64,000 nucleotides of DNA. Origin: Mobula hypostoma (lineage: Eukaryota). Positions within the stretch are counted from its first letter, which is position 1, and each line of letters opens with the position of its first letter. The position numbers and the translations under genes are program-made. The stretch covers positions 40,922,001-40,986,000 of the forward strand of contig NC_086097.1 of the NCBI RefSeq assembly GCF_963921235.1, in the 5' to 3' direction. The notes beneath the pieces are model-generated. The model was not told the origin of the DNA. It ran no database searches and saw only the letters and a list, made by a program, of their open reading frames with translations. Of this stretch, positions 49,189 to 61,347 are shown piece by piece.

Positions 49189-52100
49189 GTGATGCCTACA
49201 CGGAAGAAGTTTAGATCTTCTCCTCGACGGGAGTTCAGTGAAACCATCTCTCACTGCTTCCCACCTGTAATTTCTTCGGCTCTTCGACTTTTCGACTACA
49301 TTTTGACTCTGACTCACTATCACAGCCATATATCCATTCTTGGAATGTGCCTCCGCTGCCAACTTACTCCAGTTGGCTTTAGGATTCGTTTCCGAGCCCC
49401 TCAATTTGGACCTTCTGAGGATCCCAGGTACTCATATTTTATTGACTCTGCCTCTCGTCGCTTCTCCCGTCAAGCTCTGAAGGCGACTCTCTCTGTCATG
49501 AGGAGGTATTTGGTGTCCCTATCCCGGACCCTTCCACACGTTCGGGACACTTTCTTCGCCGTCTGTAATGGTCCTACCCGTTATTTCATCCTCCGTCGGA
49601 TCCATGCCTACAATCGCCGTTTATTTGACTTTGTCATGTTAGGCAAAGATTGCAAGATCCTGCATCTGCGGACCCCAGAGCCTGCTGGCCCTGAAACTAA
49701 CAGGTATGAACTTCAGATTGCCTTTGCCATTGATCTCGCCAGCTCCAACACCTCAGGGCATATTCAAAACCCAGACTCCAGCAACGACCATGGACACCTT
49801 CAAAGCGATTGCGCAACCACCAACTGCGACTCCAGCCTTGAACTCCAGGCCGGGTCTTTATGTGCTGCTATTGTGACTCCCGTCTCCCCTTCCCCCATCA
49901 ATACTCTGCAATCCTGTCTCCCTCAGATCCCATCGTCAGCTCCTGGGTACTCAGAGGCTCCATCTTCCTCTCACCCCAACCCTCCCCTCTCCACTGACAC
50001 CCCCAGCCTCCCCCCTCCCCCCTGATCCCAGCTCTCAACCATGCCGGGTCTTTACCATCCCCTCCGACCTTCAACTGTCGGAGGCAGAACGCTCTGTCCT
50101 TAGTAAGGGCCTCACCTTTGTCCCCTTTCGCCCATACCTCAACGAGTTCCGTGTTCGCCATGATGCGGAACTCTTCTTCCGCCGTCTCCATCTCCGAGCC
50201 TACTTCTTCAGCAAGGACTCTTCCACCCCTACCGATGACCCCTTCTCCCGTCTTCAACCCTCCTCTTCTTCATGGACACCCCGCTCTGGTCTTCTGGCCT
50301 GCTCTGGATCTCTTTATTGCTAACTGCCGACAGGACATCAACCGTCTCGACTTCACCGCATCTTGTTCCCATTCCAACCTCACTCCTTCCGAACGCTCTG
50401 CTCTCCACTCCCTCCACACTAATCCTAACCTTACTATGAAACCCGCCGATAAGGGGGCTGCTGTTGTAGTCTGGTGTACTGACCTCTACCTTGCCGAGGC
50501 ATAGCAACAACTCACGGATACCTCCTCTTATTTACCCCTCAATCATGACCCCACTAAGGAGCACCAGGCCATTGTCTCCCACACCATCACTGACTTTATC
50601 CGCTCAGGGGATCTCCCATCCACTGCTACCAACCTTATAGTTCCCACACCTCGCACTTCCCGTTTCTACCTCCTACCCAAGATCCACAAACCTGCCTGTC
50701 CTGGCAGACCTATTGTCTCAGCTTGCTCCTGCCCCACCGAACTCGTTTCTGCATACCTCGACACAGTTTTATCCCCCCTTGTTCAATCCCTTCCTACCTA
50801 TGTTCATGACACTTCTTACGCTCTTAAAACTTTTCGATTATTTTAAGTTCCTTGGCCCCCACCGCTTTATTTTCACCATGGACGTCCAGTCCCTATATAC
50901 CTCCATCCTCCATCAGGCAGGTCTCAAAGCTCTCCGCTTCTTTTTGGATTCCAGACCTAATCAGTTCCCCTCTACCACCACGCTGCTCCGTCTAGCGGAA
51001 TTAGTCCTTGCTCTTAATAATTTCTCCTTTGGCTCCTCCCACTTCCTCCAAACAAAAGGTGTAGCTATGGGCACCCGTATGGGTCCTAGCTATGCCTACC
51101 TTTTTGTTGGCTTTGTGGAACAATCTATGTTCCGTACCTGTTCTGGTATCTGTCCCCCACTTTTCCTTCACTACATCGACGACTGCATTGGCACTGCTTC
51201 CTGCACGCATGCTGAGCTCGTTGACTTTATTAACTTTGCCTCCAACTTTCACCCTGCCCTCAAGTTTACCTGGTCCATTTCCGACACCTCCCTCCCCTTT
51301 CTAGATCTTCCTGTCTCTATCTCTGGAGACAGCTTATCCACTGATGTCTACTATAAGCCTACTGACTCTCACAGCTATCTGGACTATTCCTCTTCTCACC
51401 CTGTCTCTTGCAACAATGCCATCCCCTTTTCGCAATTCCTCCGTCTCCGCCGCATCTGCTCTCAGGATGAGGCTTCTCATTCCAGGACGAGAGAGATGTC
51501 CTCCTTTTTTAAAGAAAGGGGCTTCCCTTCCTCCACCATCAACTCTGCTCTCAAACGCATCTCCCCCATTTCACGCACATCTGCTCTCACTCCATTGTCC
51601 CACCACCTGACTAGGAATAGGGTTCCCCTGGTCCTCACTTACCACCCCACCAGCCTCCGGGTCGAACATATTATTCTCCGTAACTTCCGCCACCTCCAAC
51701 GGGATCCCACCACTAAGCACATCTTTCCCTCCCTGCCCCCCCCCCCGGCTTTCCACAGAGATCGCTCCCTATGCGACTCCCTTGTCCATTCGTCCCCCCC
51801 CATCCCTCCCCACTGATCTCCCTCCTGGCACTTATCCTTGTAAGCAGAACAAGTGCTACACATGCCCTCACACTTCCTCCCTTACCACCATTCAGGGCCC
51901 CAATCAGTCCTTCTAGGTGAGGCGACACTTTACCTGTGAGTCTGCTGGGGTGATATACTGCGTCCGGTGCTCCTGATGTGGCCTTCTATATTGGCGAGAC
52001 CCGACGCAGACTGGGAGACCGCTTTGCTGAACACCTACGCTCTGTCTGCCAGAGAAAGCAGGATCTCCCAGTGGCCACACATTTTAATTCCACGTCCCAT

Positions 52101-52214
52101 TCCCATTCTGACATGTCTATCCACGGCCTCCTCTACTGTAAAGATGAAGCCACACTCAGGTTGGAGGAACAACACCTTATATTCCGTCTGGGTAGCTCCA
52201 ACCTGATGGCATGA
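49189..52214 (+). pseudogene. Penelope ORF (RT and GIY-YIG endonuclease), disrupted
   Basis: KPADKG; FTMDVQSLYT; GVAMGTRMGPSYA; YIDD; LPFLD; DVYYKPT; Cys-rich linker; VIYC...YIGETRRRLGDRFAEH. Confidence 0.92.
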
Positions 52215-52536
52215 ACATTGACTTCTCTAACTTCCGCTAATGCCCCACCCCACCTCGTACCCCCATCTGTTATTTATTTTTATACACACATTCTTTCTCT
52301 CACGCTCCTTTTTCTCCCTCTGTCCCTCTGACTGTACCCCTTGCCCATCCTCTGGGTTTCCCCCCCTCCCCCTTTACTTTCTCCCCGGAACTCCTGTCCC
52401 ATGATCCTCTCATAGCCCCTTTGCCAATCACCTGTCCAGCTCTTGGCTCCATCCCTCCCCCTCCTGTCTTCTCCTATCATTTTGGATCCCCCTCCCCCTC
52501 CCACTTTCAAATCTCTTACTACCTCTTCCTTCAGTT

Positions 52537-52572
52537 AGTCCTGACGAAGGGTCTCGGCCTGAAACGTCGACT
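52537..52572 (+). ncRNA. Minimal type I hammerhead ribozyme motif (intact core)
   Basis: AGTC-CTGACGA-AGGGTCTCGGCCT-GAAAC-GTC-GACT: stem I AGTC/GACT, CUGANGA and GAAA boxes, palindromic ACGT stem III, GUC cleavage triplet. Confidence 0.8.
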
Positions 52573-52645
52573 GTACCTCTTCCTAGAGATGCTGCCTGGC
52601 CTGCTGCATTCACCAGCAACCTTGATGTGTGTTGTATGATAAGGA

Positions 52646-53845
52646 AGCTAGGATGAAATGATTTAAGCCTGGAGATAAGGTGTTGGTTCTTTTCCCGGTG
52701 CAAACGAACCCATTACAAGCTAAATTTCATGGTCTTTATGAGATTAAATCTAAATTAAATGATGTGGATTATGTGATTTAAAAACCCCAGATTGAAGAAA
52801 GGCTACACAGCTGTGTCATATAAATATAAAACCGTATTATGAGAGATAGGGTGCTACAATGACTGTTGTGGTCAATAATAATGAGTCTGATCTTTCTAAA
52901 AACTTAATGGATGATTCATCTGAAACTCATTTTAAATCCAACATTATTTCTGCCAGGTTACCGAACTCCACAATTCTGGAAAGTATTGATGAGGAATTAG
53001 CTCATTTACAGCCAGAGCAGAGAGAGCAGATGAAATAGTTAAATTTTAAATATAGGGATTTATTTCCAGACGTTCCTAGAAGAACCACCGTAGCTTCGCA
53101 TGACGTAGATGTTGGAGATGCAAAACCAATAAAACAACATCCATATCGGATGAACAGGGAAAAATGTGAACTTGTTGAACAAGAAATTAAGTATATGTTT
53201 GAGAATAATATTATTAGATTATGGTGCCTAAGCCAGACAATAGTATTCGGTTTTGTACAGATTACAGGAAGGTGAATGCTGTGACAAAAACTGATGCATA
53301 TCCAATCCCTAGGGTTGATGATTGTGTGGATAAAGTTGGACAAGCAAAGTTCCTTACAAAGATTGATTTGTTAAAAGGTTATTGGTGTGTTCTACTGACG
53401 GATAGAGATAGAGAGATTTCTGCATTTGTAACCCCATCTGGGTTATACGAATATAATGTTCTTCCATTTGGGATGAAGAATGCACCAGGTACTTTCTAGC
53501 GGATGATTAATAGTGTGATTCATGGGTTAAAAGATACAGATGCCTATATTGATGATTTAGTGAAAGGGAATAAGACGTGGAAAGCACATATTACTGCAGT
53601 GGAGAAACTATTTGAGAGACTTTCAAAAGCTAACTTAACTATTACCTTAGCTAAAAGTGAATTTGGTCATGCCACTGTGACTTACTTTGGTTATGTTGTA
53701 GGCCGGAGCTCAGTTAAAGAAAATGGTTAAGGAAATAAATCAAACTGCAATTTAGCAACAAAGTTTGATGTTACAGGAGTATAATATTTTGATAACTCAT
53801 ATTAAAGGTAAAGATAATGTGATTGCTGGTTGTCTATATAGATGT
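52646..53845 (+). pseudogene. Integrase C-terminal GPY/F module, RT, and RNase H C-terminal remnant
   Basis: FKPGDKVLVL; VPKPDNSIRFCTDYRKVN; KIDLLKGYW; LPFGMKNAP; YIDD; then a deletion to LQEYNILITHIKGKDNVIA. Confidence 0.9.
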
Positions 53846-54045
53846 TAAATGTACAATGTAATTTTTTTTATGGAGTGGTATTTTAACACTTGTAACACTC
53901 CTACTGTATGTTAGTTTGCAAGATGCTGTATGATAGTACTGTGTATGTTGTGTAAGTTGTAAATTTTATACATTTGTATTTTTTTGTAAATAGTTAATTC
54001 TTAACATTTTGCTCTTAAAAAGACCAAATTTTTTTTGGAGGGAGG

Positions 54046-54859
54046 TGTTACATACTTCATGGATATCTTGTGACTGTCTTATGAGGATGATGTAATGGTC
54101 CTGCAGAGGTCATATGATGTAATGTTCTCACCAGTGAGGTCACATGATGACTTGTTCTCAACAGGTATATAGAAGGGAGACCCCTGGTAACACAGTCAGT
54201 TTTCAGTTTAGTTTCATGTTAGATACTCTGTTTTGCTGCGTATTCGGCTGATGACGCAGTTTTGTTTTAAAGTGGAGTTTTACTTTCTATTGTAAGTAGT
54301 ATTGGAGAGTGAAGTCCTTACCAAAATACAGGAATTCACCAAGTCGAGTAAAGCTGATATCATTTAGTGATTTTGGAGAGGATCGACCTTTATTGAATCT
54401 TCGTTCAAGTAAAAGTGACCTGCAACTGAGATATTCCCTGCTAAAGTAGGAAGGATAGTGCAGTGTCCATTCACCAGAGGAAAAGGGCAGTTCCTTTAAA
54501 CCGTTTTATTTCCATCGTCGTGAATCCTGCGGACAAGGCGGGTTTCGGCTGGGATCATCAGTAATGACATGTCTTCGAGGAATTCTTTACTTCAGGGAAG
54601 TCTCTCCTAATTGACTGTATAAATCTCTTGGACTTACGAATTTACCATTATAAGAACTGTGTTTGAATTTACCACTTTAAGAACTGTTTTTGCATTTACT
54701 CTTTTAAGAACTGTTCCAGAGTTGCCGTATAGCAGTTAACTTCTGGTTAAGTTAGTCGTTTAAATACATTTCGCTATTTTTGAGCAAAGTTTAATAAATG
54801 TTTGTTGTTTTTTATAAAACCTGACTCAATTGATATTCATTGTTGCCGGTCACGTGACA
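54046..54859 (+). repeat. 3' LTR of the Gmr1-like element (814 bp)
   Basis: Direct repeat of 42636-43419 with one extra 30-bp unit. Confidence 0.95.
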
Positions 54860-55369
54860 TTGCTCAACAGTCCAGACAATGCTGAGACTAGCCTCTTAGT
54901 CACATTGTAGATGGGGCTGGCAATCAGGAAGTAGATAAGACAAAAATGGAGCTTCAAAATGCAGCATTTGTGTCGCAACTGCAGTTTTGCATTGTCGCAT
55001 GTTTGATTTGATGGCTGTAATATAGATAAGGCCAGACAATGAAAAAATGGGTAGCATTTAATGCTATCACTATCAAAATGCAAAGAACCTTGATGGGCAT
55101 GAAGCTTAAGAGTCTTGATCAGCATAAACTCCAGGATACTATTAGTATACTGGGTAATTTATCTCGAGTTGATTTTGACAACAGCTTAGTTGTGTGGGTA
55201 TTAAACTGTCAATGTACTCAATAAATTCGAAGTGCTGAAAACAATGAAAGGTTCATTGTTATTATGTCTTTATTGCACATTTAGCAAGAAATAAGTTTTA
55301 ACTAATTCCACGGCAATTTAATAATAAGCAACAGTACCTTTAGTACAATTTGTGAAGATTGTACTGGAA

Positions 55370-56112
55370 TCAACCCACTTCATAAGTGCCATTACAAAGA
55401 AGGCACAGCATTATAACCTGCATAAATGTCATTACAAAGAAGGTGTAGCAACGTCTCTACTTTCTCAGAAGTTTGGGAAGATTCAGAATATCATCTAAAA
55501 CTCTGAAAAACTTCTATACTTGTGCAGTAGAGGCTGTTTGCATCGCGGCCTGGTATGAAAACCCCGATACCCTTGAATGGAAAATCCTACAAAAAGAAAT
55601 GGATACAGCTCAGTCTATCACAGGTAAAACAGTCCCCACTATTGTGCAGATCTACAATGAACACTTCCACAGGAAAGCAACATCCATCATCAAGGACGCC
55701 CCCCAGCCAGCCATGCTCTCTTACTGCTGTTGCCATCAGGAAGAAGGTACAGGAGCCTCAGGGCTCACACCATTAGGATCAGGAACAGTAATTACCCCTC
55801 AACCATCAGACTCTTGAACCAGTGGGGATAATATCATGCAACTTCACTCACCCCAACACTGAGCTGTTCCCATAACCTATGGACTCACTTTCAAGGACTC
55901 TGCACCTCATGTTCTCGATATGTAATGCTAATTTATTTATTTTTTTTTTGCTTTTGTATTTGCAACATTTGTTGTTTTTTGTCTATGTTGTGTGTGGTTT
56001 TTCATTGAATTCATTGAGGTTCTTTGTATCTACTATGATTAATCCACAAGAAAATGAATCTTGGAGTAGTGTATGGTGTACATTGACGATAAATTTGAAG
56101 TTGAACTTTGAC
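55370..56112 (+). mobile_element. Rex1/Babar-like LINE 3' fragment
   Basis: SKTLKNFYTCAVE...CIAAWY; ttgaactttga tail. Confidence 0.7.
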
Positions 56113-56698
56113 CTTTGATTGTGAATGGAATGGAAGGAGTTGAGTACCTCAGCACAATGTTCTTGAGCTAACCCTCTTCATTTGCTTTATTAGTAACCAT
56201 CTTTTCATCAGAAGTCAGAACAGGGCTCTCCGCTAATGCATGTACAGTACTCAGCACAGGACTTATCTCCTCAGCTGTTGAAATAGTCCATGCTAACGTG
56301 TGGCAACATCTAGCTAGCTTTCAGATTTAGGCTGGCAAGTTGAAAGATAAGCTGAGATAGTGGTCAAATGCACAAGATTGTATGTTGCGACATTCAAAAT
56401 TAAAAATAAATCATGGTAATACTTGCAAGGTCCTGTTGGGCCTTACCTGTAATATTGTGGCACAGTTCTGAATGCTACACAATAGGAAGGTGATCAAGAC
56501 CCCAGAAAGAGCATTAAGGAAGTTTAACAGGAGAACAGCTGTGATGTGTGGAGAGAATGGAGAATTGGGATTAGCCTTCATAAGAGGAACTGTAATCATG
56601 GAAATTTTGACAAAATATATAGGCAGCTACTTTCTTTAGCAATTGGCTCAGAAACTCAAGGTCTTTGATTTTGAATGACTGGTAAAAGAAATAGGAGA

Positions 56699-56930
56699 TG
56701 TTATGTTTTGTAACTTGAAAACATTAAACTAATTCAAAGGAATACACGGGAGTCTGAAATGTGGGTCTAGATTCGAGTTTACTTTTAAGTGAGGTGTCCA
56801 TGTTGATGTATACAATTCAGATATTTATGCATATAACCCATAATGAATTATTGAAGTGAACAAGAATGCTTAATAAATCCACACATATACAAGATTACTC
56901 AAACTTTACTTGCGTATTAAATAAACAACA
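56699..56930 (-). mobile_element. Solo LTR, 232 bp
   Basis: TG...CA termini; flanks GGAGA/GGAGT; homologous to 35283-35514. Confidence 0.65.
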
Positions 56931-57290
56931 GGAGTTTGATGAGAAATGTCTCCATGTTTTTGGGTTATTCTGATCTGGAATACATTATCAGAAAGTGTAG
57001 AGAAATCATCAACCTTAAAATGATAATGAAGAGAACGTAATGAAAGAGAACCAAGTTGCAGAGTTGCTTGAGAAAGACAACAATATGAAATTCTAACAAA
57101 AAGGTATCTTTCAGAGTGGGTGAAGGCAAGAGAGGCAATTAGACCTTTTGTGCTTTAAGTTTCTATGATTAGAAGCACCAAATAACATAATACAATGCGT
57201 ATAATGTGTACATCTTGGTGGTTAATGTGCTGAGTCAGAAACCTAGATCTTTGCGCTCATGATCTAGAAACTGAGTTGAAATCCCGCAAT

Positions 57291-57496
57291 AAACACGAGA
57301 GATTCTGCAGGTGCTGGACATTGTGAGCAGTGCACACAAAATGCTGGGGAAACCTAGCAACTCAGGCGTAGATTATGGAGGGGAATTTCTCATCAAAGCT
57401 CACGAAGGGTCTTGACCCAAAGCATTGACTGTTTGTTCCTCTCCATAAATGCTGCCCAACTTGCTGAGTTCCCCAGCATTTTGTACATGTTGCTAG
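57291..57496. mobile_element. Penelope-derived foldback minielement (older copy)
   Basis: Inverted arms aaaatgctgggg / ccccagcatttt; 11-bp TSD aatccc(g/a)caat (57280-57290, 57497-57507). Confidence 0.7.
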
Positions 57497-60400
57497 AATC
57501 CCACAATGGCGCTATAGCAGAGCTATTGGGAAAGAAAAATATTAATGATGTATCTATTTATGCATTCACAATCATTCAAGACCCCAGTCCCTGAAGGATA
57601 AGAACTCCCAGTGTTCTAAAGTTGCAGCAATACCATGTTCAGTGTTATGTTCAATATTTGGAGCTATTGTTCAAATTTAAAAGTTATAGTTCAAACTCTA
57701 AGTCACTATTTTAGATAAGTAGATGCATGGCAGAGGTATGGTTCAGGTGCAGGTCAGTGGGATTAGGCAGAATAATGGTTCAGCACAGACTAGATGGGCT
57801 GAAGGGCCTGTTTCTGTGCTGTAGTGTTTTATGTCTCTATTTTCAACTTGTGTTTGAGAATCTTTAGGTTGCTATCTGAGGGATTATTACTCAATAGCAT
57901 ATTTATTTAAGGAATTAATGATAAAAATCTCTAAATTAATATTCACAGAAGTATTTTAGCGATCCAATTTAGATTGTGTCTATTTCTTTGCAGAATGAAA
58001 TTGGGAAGACAAGACCTTTCATATGTGTGAACAACGAAGGAATGATGATACATAATTCTAAAACTAGTTTATGAATAGTCCAGCATCCACTTCTCGATTA
58101 GATAAAGTAGAAAGATACAGGAGGCCAACATTATCAGAAGTTAATGAAATGATAGAATGAGGTGATGAAGAAATTGGAACTTAAAAATAAAACGTGTTTT
58201 GTTTCAAACACATGTAAAACTGATGTAGTGACGCAGCAATGTTAGATTAGTCATTCATCTTATTTCTAAAATTGATATTTCAAATCAATCTAACTGTAAT
58301 ATAATATTTAATTGATAGATATGCACTGAAAACTTTCCCCCTGTGTATACTTCAAGAAGCTTTTCAGGGGAATCAAGAAGCTTTATTCAATTCAAACTAG
58401 AGATTTGAGTTATTTTTATGACTTTATTGTATTTTTATAATTTATAGTTTTATTAATACATTACAATCAATTTAAGGTTAGAATTTCTTCTATGGCTGAT
58501 TACTTTTAAAAACAATCTGAAATGTCGATTGTATGCTTTCCATTGATGCTGCCTGGCCTGCTGAGTTCCTCCAGCATTTTGTATTGAGTCAATCATGTTT
58601 TGACTTAGTAATTGCCAGTCTATTTTTCTAAGCATGTTTTTCTCATCTTTTGTAAGTGTCATATTTATTTTTGATGTACAGTCACTTTCCATAAGATTTT
58701 AATTGCATTTTTTAAAACACGGAACCTGATGCCCAGGATGTATTAGGAAATAAATAAGACATTCAATTATAAAGCAATTTTTGATATGTTTCTGCTATTA
58801 TTTTCTTAAATATCTGAAGTGTAGCATAAGCAAACCAATTGGGGGATGATATAATAAGTAAAAACATTTTTTTAAACTCAAAGATTTCTTCTTTCATTTA
58901 ACGTTGCAATATTATGAGTTCCAATTTCATGCATCGATCACCAATGTTTTGATAGATCAGTGAAACTTAAGGTTAAGCAATAAAATGTTTATTGCCTTAC
59001 AATAGTTGTTCAGCTCATGTTGAAACCCTGTTACTAGCACAACCTGGCCGCAGTCTGTTTTTCCAGAATTGCAATGAGCTTCTTGTCTAGATACTGCTGA
59101 CCAAAACATGCTTGGACTGTCTGCCTTACATTGTGCAAGAATACGATATAAAGGATCACAAATTATTACATAGGAAAGTGATGGTGCTTCATCTTCCAGC
59201 AGCATGAAACATTGCAGTTAAATGAGGTGCAACCTGACCAAGGATTTGTAATTATACTTCTCACAATAGGCTGTGCCAGATCGAAGTGAAACCTGTGATT
59301 CCTGTGTAATGAGGTGAACACTCATCTCTTTAGCATGCTACTTCATTATTGGAAGAAGACAGTATTCTATTTTTAATATACTGTACTGTCATGAGTATTG
59401 TGCATTAGCCATCAGTCTAAACTGACTTGCAATGACTTTGATATACAGGTATTGACCAATTACTAAGTGTTTCAGATGCAAGTTCTTGTTTGCTAACTCT
59501 CTGCAATTATTATCTGCTTCCTCTGTTAGTTTGACATGCTGAAAAGTTACTCAAAGTCTTTCATCAATTATAATCAGCAATACATTTCAATTTGAAATGT
59601 AATGATTGCAAGCAAGGCTGAAAAAACAATTCTAGTCCTTACAAATGCAATGGTGATGTTATTCTTCAGTAAAAAGCTTGAATTAGATGTCTTATGTCAT
59701 ATTTTTCTCCTTTATTCTGATTTTGTCTACCCTTTCAGCTTAACCAGAGCATTTAAAATTATTTTAAAAATTGTTATCGACTTCATTTTTCACGCTTTTC
59801 AAAAACCAGCTACCAGCAGAGAGATTTGAAGTAATCACTCCCTCCTTTCTTTTGTTTTGGCTGAAGTAAATTGTCATCACTTGAATGAGAACGTATAATT
59901 TAAGTCTCTAATGTTTTCCAAATCCTCTATTTGAGTTCTTCTGTGTTTACAATCACACTACAATCTGTTGTTCCCATAAATTGCATCTTTATCACCCTGA
60001 TGTTGGCTTGGATTCAGTGTTGGATCTGCAGTCAGGAATCAAAAAGCATAGGTTTTAGTGACTGCAGTCAATTTAATGGTGGGACCTGATAAACCTTTTT
60101 GGAACTAGTGTGGTGACCATTGCCTGCCATCCCGAGAGACTGTCTGGATGCAGAAGAGGTTGACACTCACCACCAGCTAATGTTATTAGATTTTAGTGAG
60201 GGCAGGTCTGGGGAGCACATCAAGAGGGCATCAGATCATTTAGAAGTCTGATCATTAGCAGTACTAACAGGCTTTCTGGCTGAGCCAATGGGAAGTATGT
60301 CTGCTATTGGATTTTAAACTATTGCATACAACACTCCTCATCTCTATTTTTAGTTATTAAGTTCCCTGAGGTCCAAGATATTCAACTGCTAGGATTAGAA

Positions 60401-60911
60401 AGAGTAACCGAGAGAACAAAATCCAAGATCTTGCTAGTGAGAGAGAGCCTGTCCTCTCATCTGTTTTAAGGCATAAAATTCTGCACAAAATATCTAGATT
60501 ATACTGTTTTATATGTGTACACTCATGTTAGAAGGCATCGTATTTTGTTTGTACCATCATAGTTTGAATTTTGCCAGTAGCATTCTAGTAGGATACAAGA
60601 TGGCAAATTTGATCAGAAAGGCAATGGAGCACCTGATACAACATTGATGCATCTTGGACATTCTTTCATAGCTACAAGATTCAGGAAACTACTGTTATCT
60701 GAGAATGGATTAGTGTGAATTAGTACAAATCCTCTTGTCTATTCGCATGAATCATCCTGATGAATATATGAAGAAGTTGTGGAAGATTAAAATCAATTGC
60801 ACATCAAAATTCTGTACCTTTGAAATCAAGACTATTACCTAAGATTTCAATTTCACTTCCAATATTAGAAATGGTTGATATTAAACTTCAATTTTTGTTT
60901 GTCTTTTCTAG

Positions 60912-61108
60912 ATTTGGACGACCCTGTGCTGACAGTACATCAGAGTATTGGTGAAGCAAAGGAACAGTTTTACTTTGAGAGGACTGTGTTCCTTCGGTGT
61001 TCAGTCAATTCAAATCCACCTGTTCGATACAGTTGGCGCCGTGGAAGGGAAATTCTGTCACAAGGATCAGACAAAGGGGTTGAAATCTATGAGCCATTTT
61101 TTACCCAG
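60912..61108 (+). CDS. MDGA2: MDGA2 coding exon (start of Ig-like domain 2), 197 bp
   Basis: Pyrimidine tract and AG at 60910-60911. T from the previous exon plus AT gives Tyr, then LDDPVLTVHQSIGEAKEQFYFERTVFLRCSVNSNPPVRYSWRRGREILSQGSDKGVEIYEPFFTQ; GT donor at 61109. Phase and sequence continue the upstream exon exactly. Confidence 0.95.
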
Positions 61109-61268
61109 GTACATTTTAAAATTTTACTTCTGTGACCAAAGTATTTGAATATTCTTTCACTAGTAATGCTGTGGTGGACATAATATTCCAATTGAAACTA
61201 GTGGCTGATAAACAGTCTATTAAATCTCCACCAAAACTACCTTAGTATTTCATTCTGGGTCTCTAGAC

Positions 61269-61347
61269 CAGGGGTTCCCAGCCCAGGGTCCATGGACATT
61301 TTTCTTAATGGTATTAGTTGATGGCATGCAAAAGGTTGGAACTCCTG
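61269..61347. mobile_element. hAT/Charlie-type mini-MITE, 79 bp
   Basis: Perfect 8-bp TSD CTCTAGAC (61261-61268, 61348-61355); TIRs CAGGGGTTCC / GGAACTCCTG. Confidence 0.85.

Larger units (their letters stand above)
48023..52633 (+). mobile_element. Penelope-like element (probably Neptune clade), partial tandem with pseudo-LTRs
   Basis: 12-bp TSD GTATGATAAGGA (48011-48022, 52634-52645); about 1.1-kb direct repeats at 48027-49117 and 51531-52633; RT plus GIY-YIG endonuclease. Confidence 0.93.
42636..54859 (+). mobile_element. Gmr1-like Ty3/Gypsy LTR retrotransposon (defective) with nested CR1 and Penelope
   Basis: LTRs at 42636-43419 and 54046-54859 (TG...CA); TSD TTGC (42632-42635, 54860-54863); PBS 43426-43443; PPT 54037-54045; domain order gag-PR-INT-RT-RH. 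Confidence 0.93.
10354..60911 (+). other. MDGA2: MDGA2 intron, 50,558 bp, GT-AG, phase 1
   Basis: The flanking exons splice in frame to give ...RVDVY-Y-LDDP..., contiguous in the known protein. Confidence 0.9.

Noticed and set aside
48027..52633. 1.1-kb direct repeats as true LTRs or an assembly duplication
   Set aside because: They contain the GIY-YIG coding end, lack TG...CA, PBS and PPT, and differ by substitutions and indels, which is typical Penelope partial-tandem structure.
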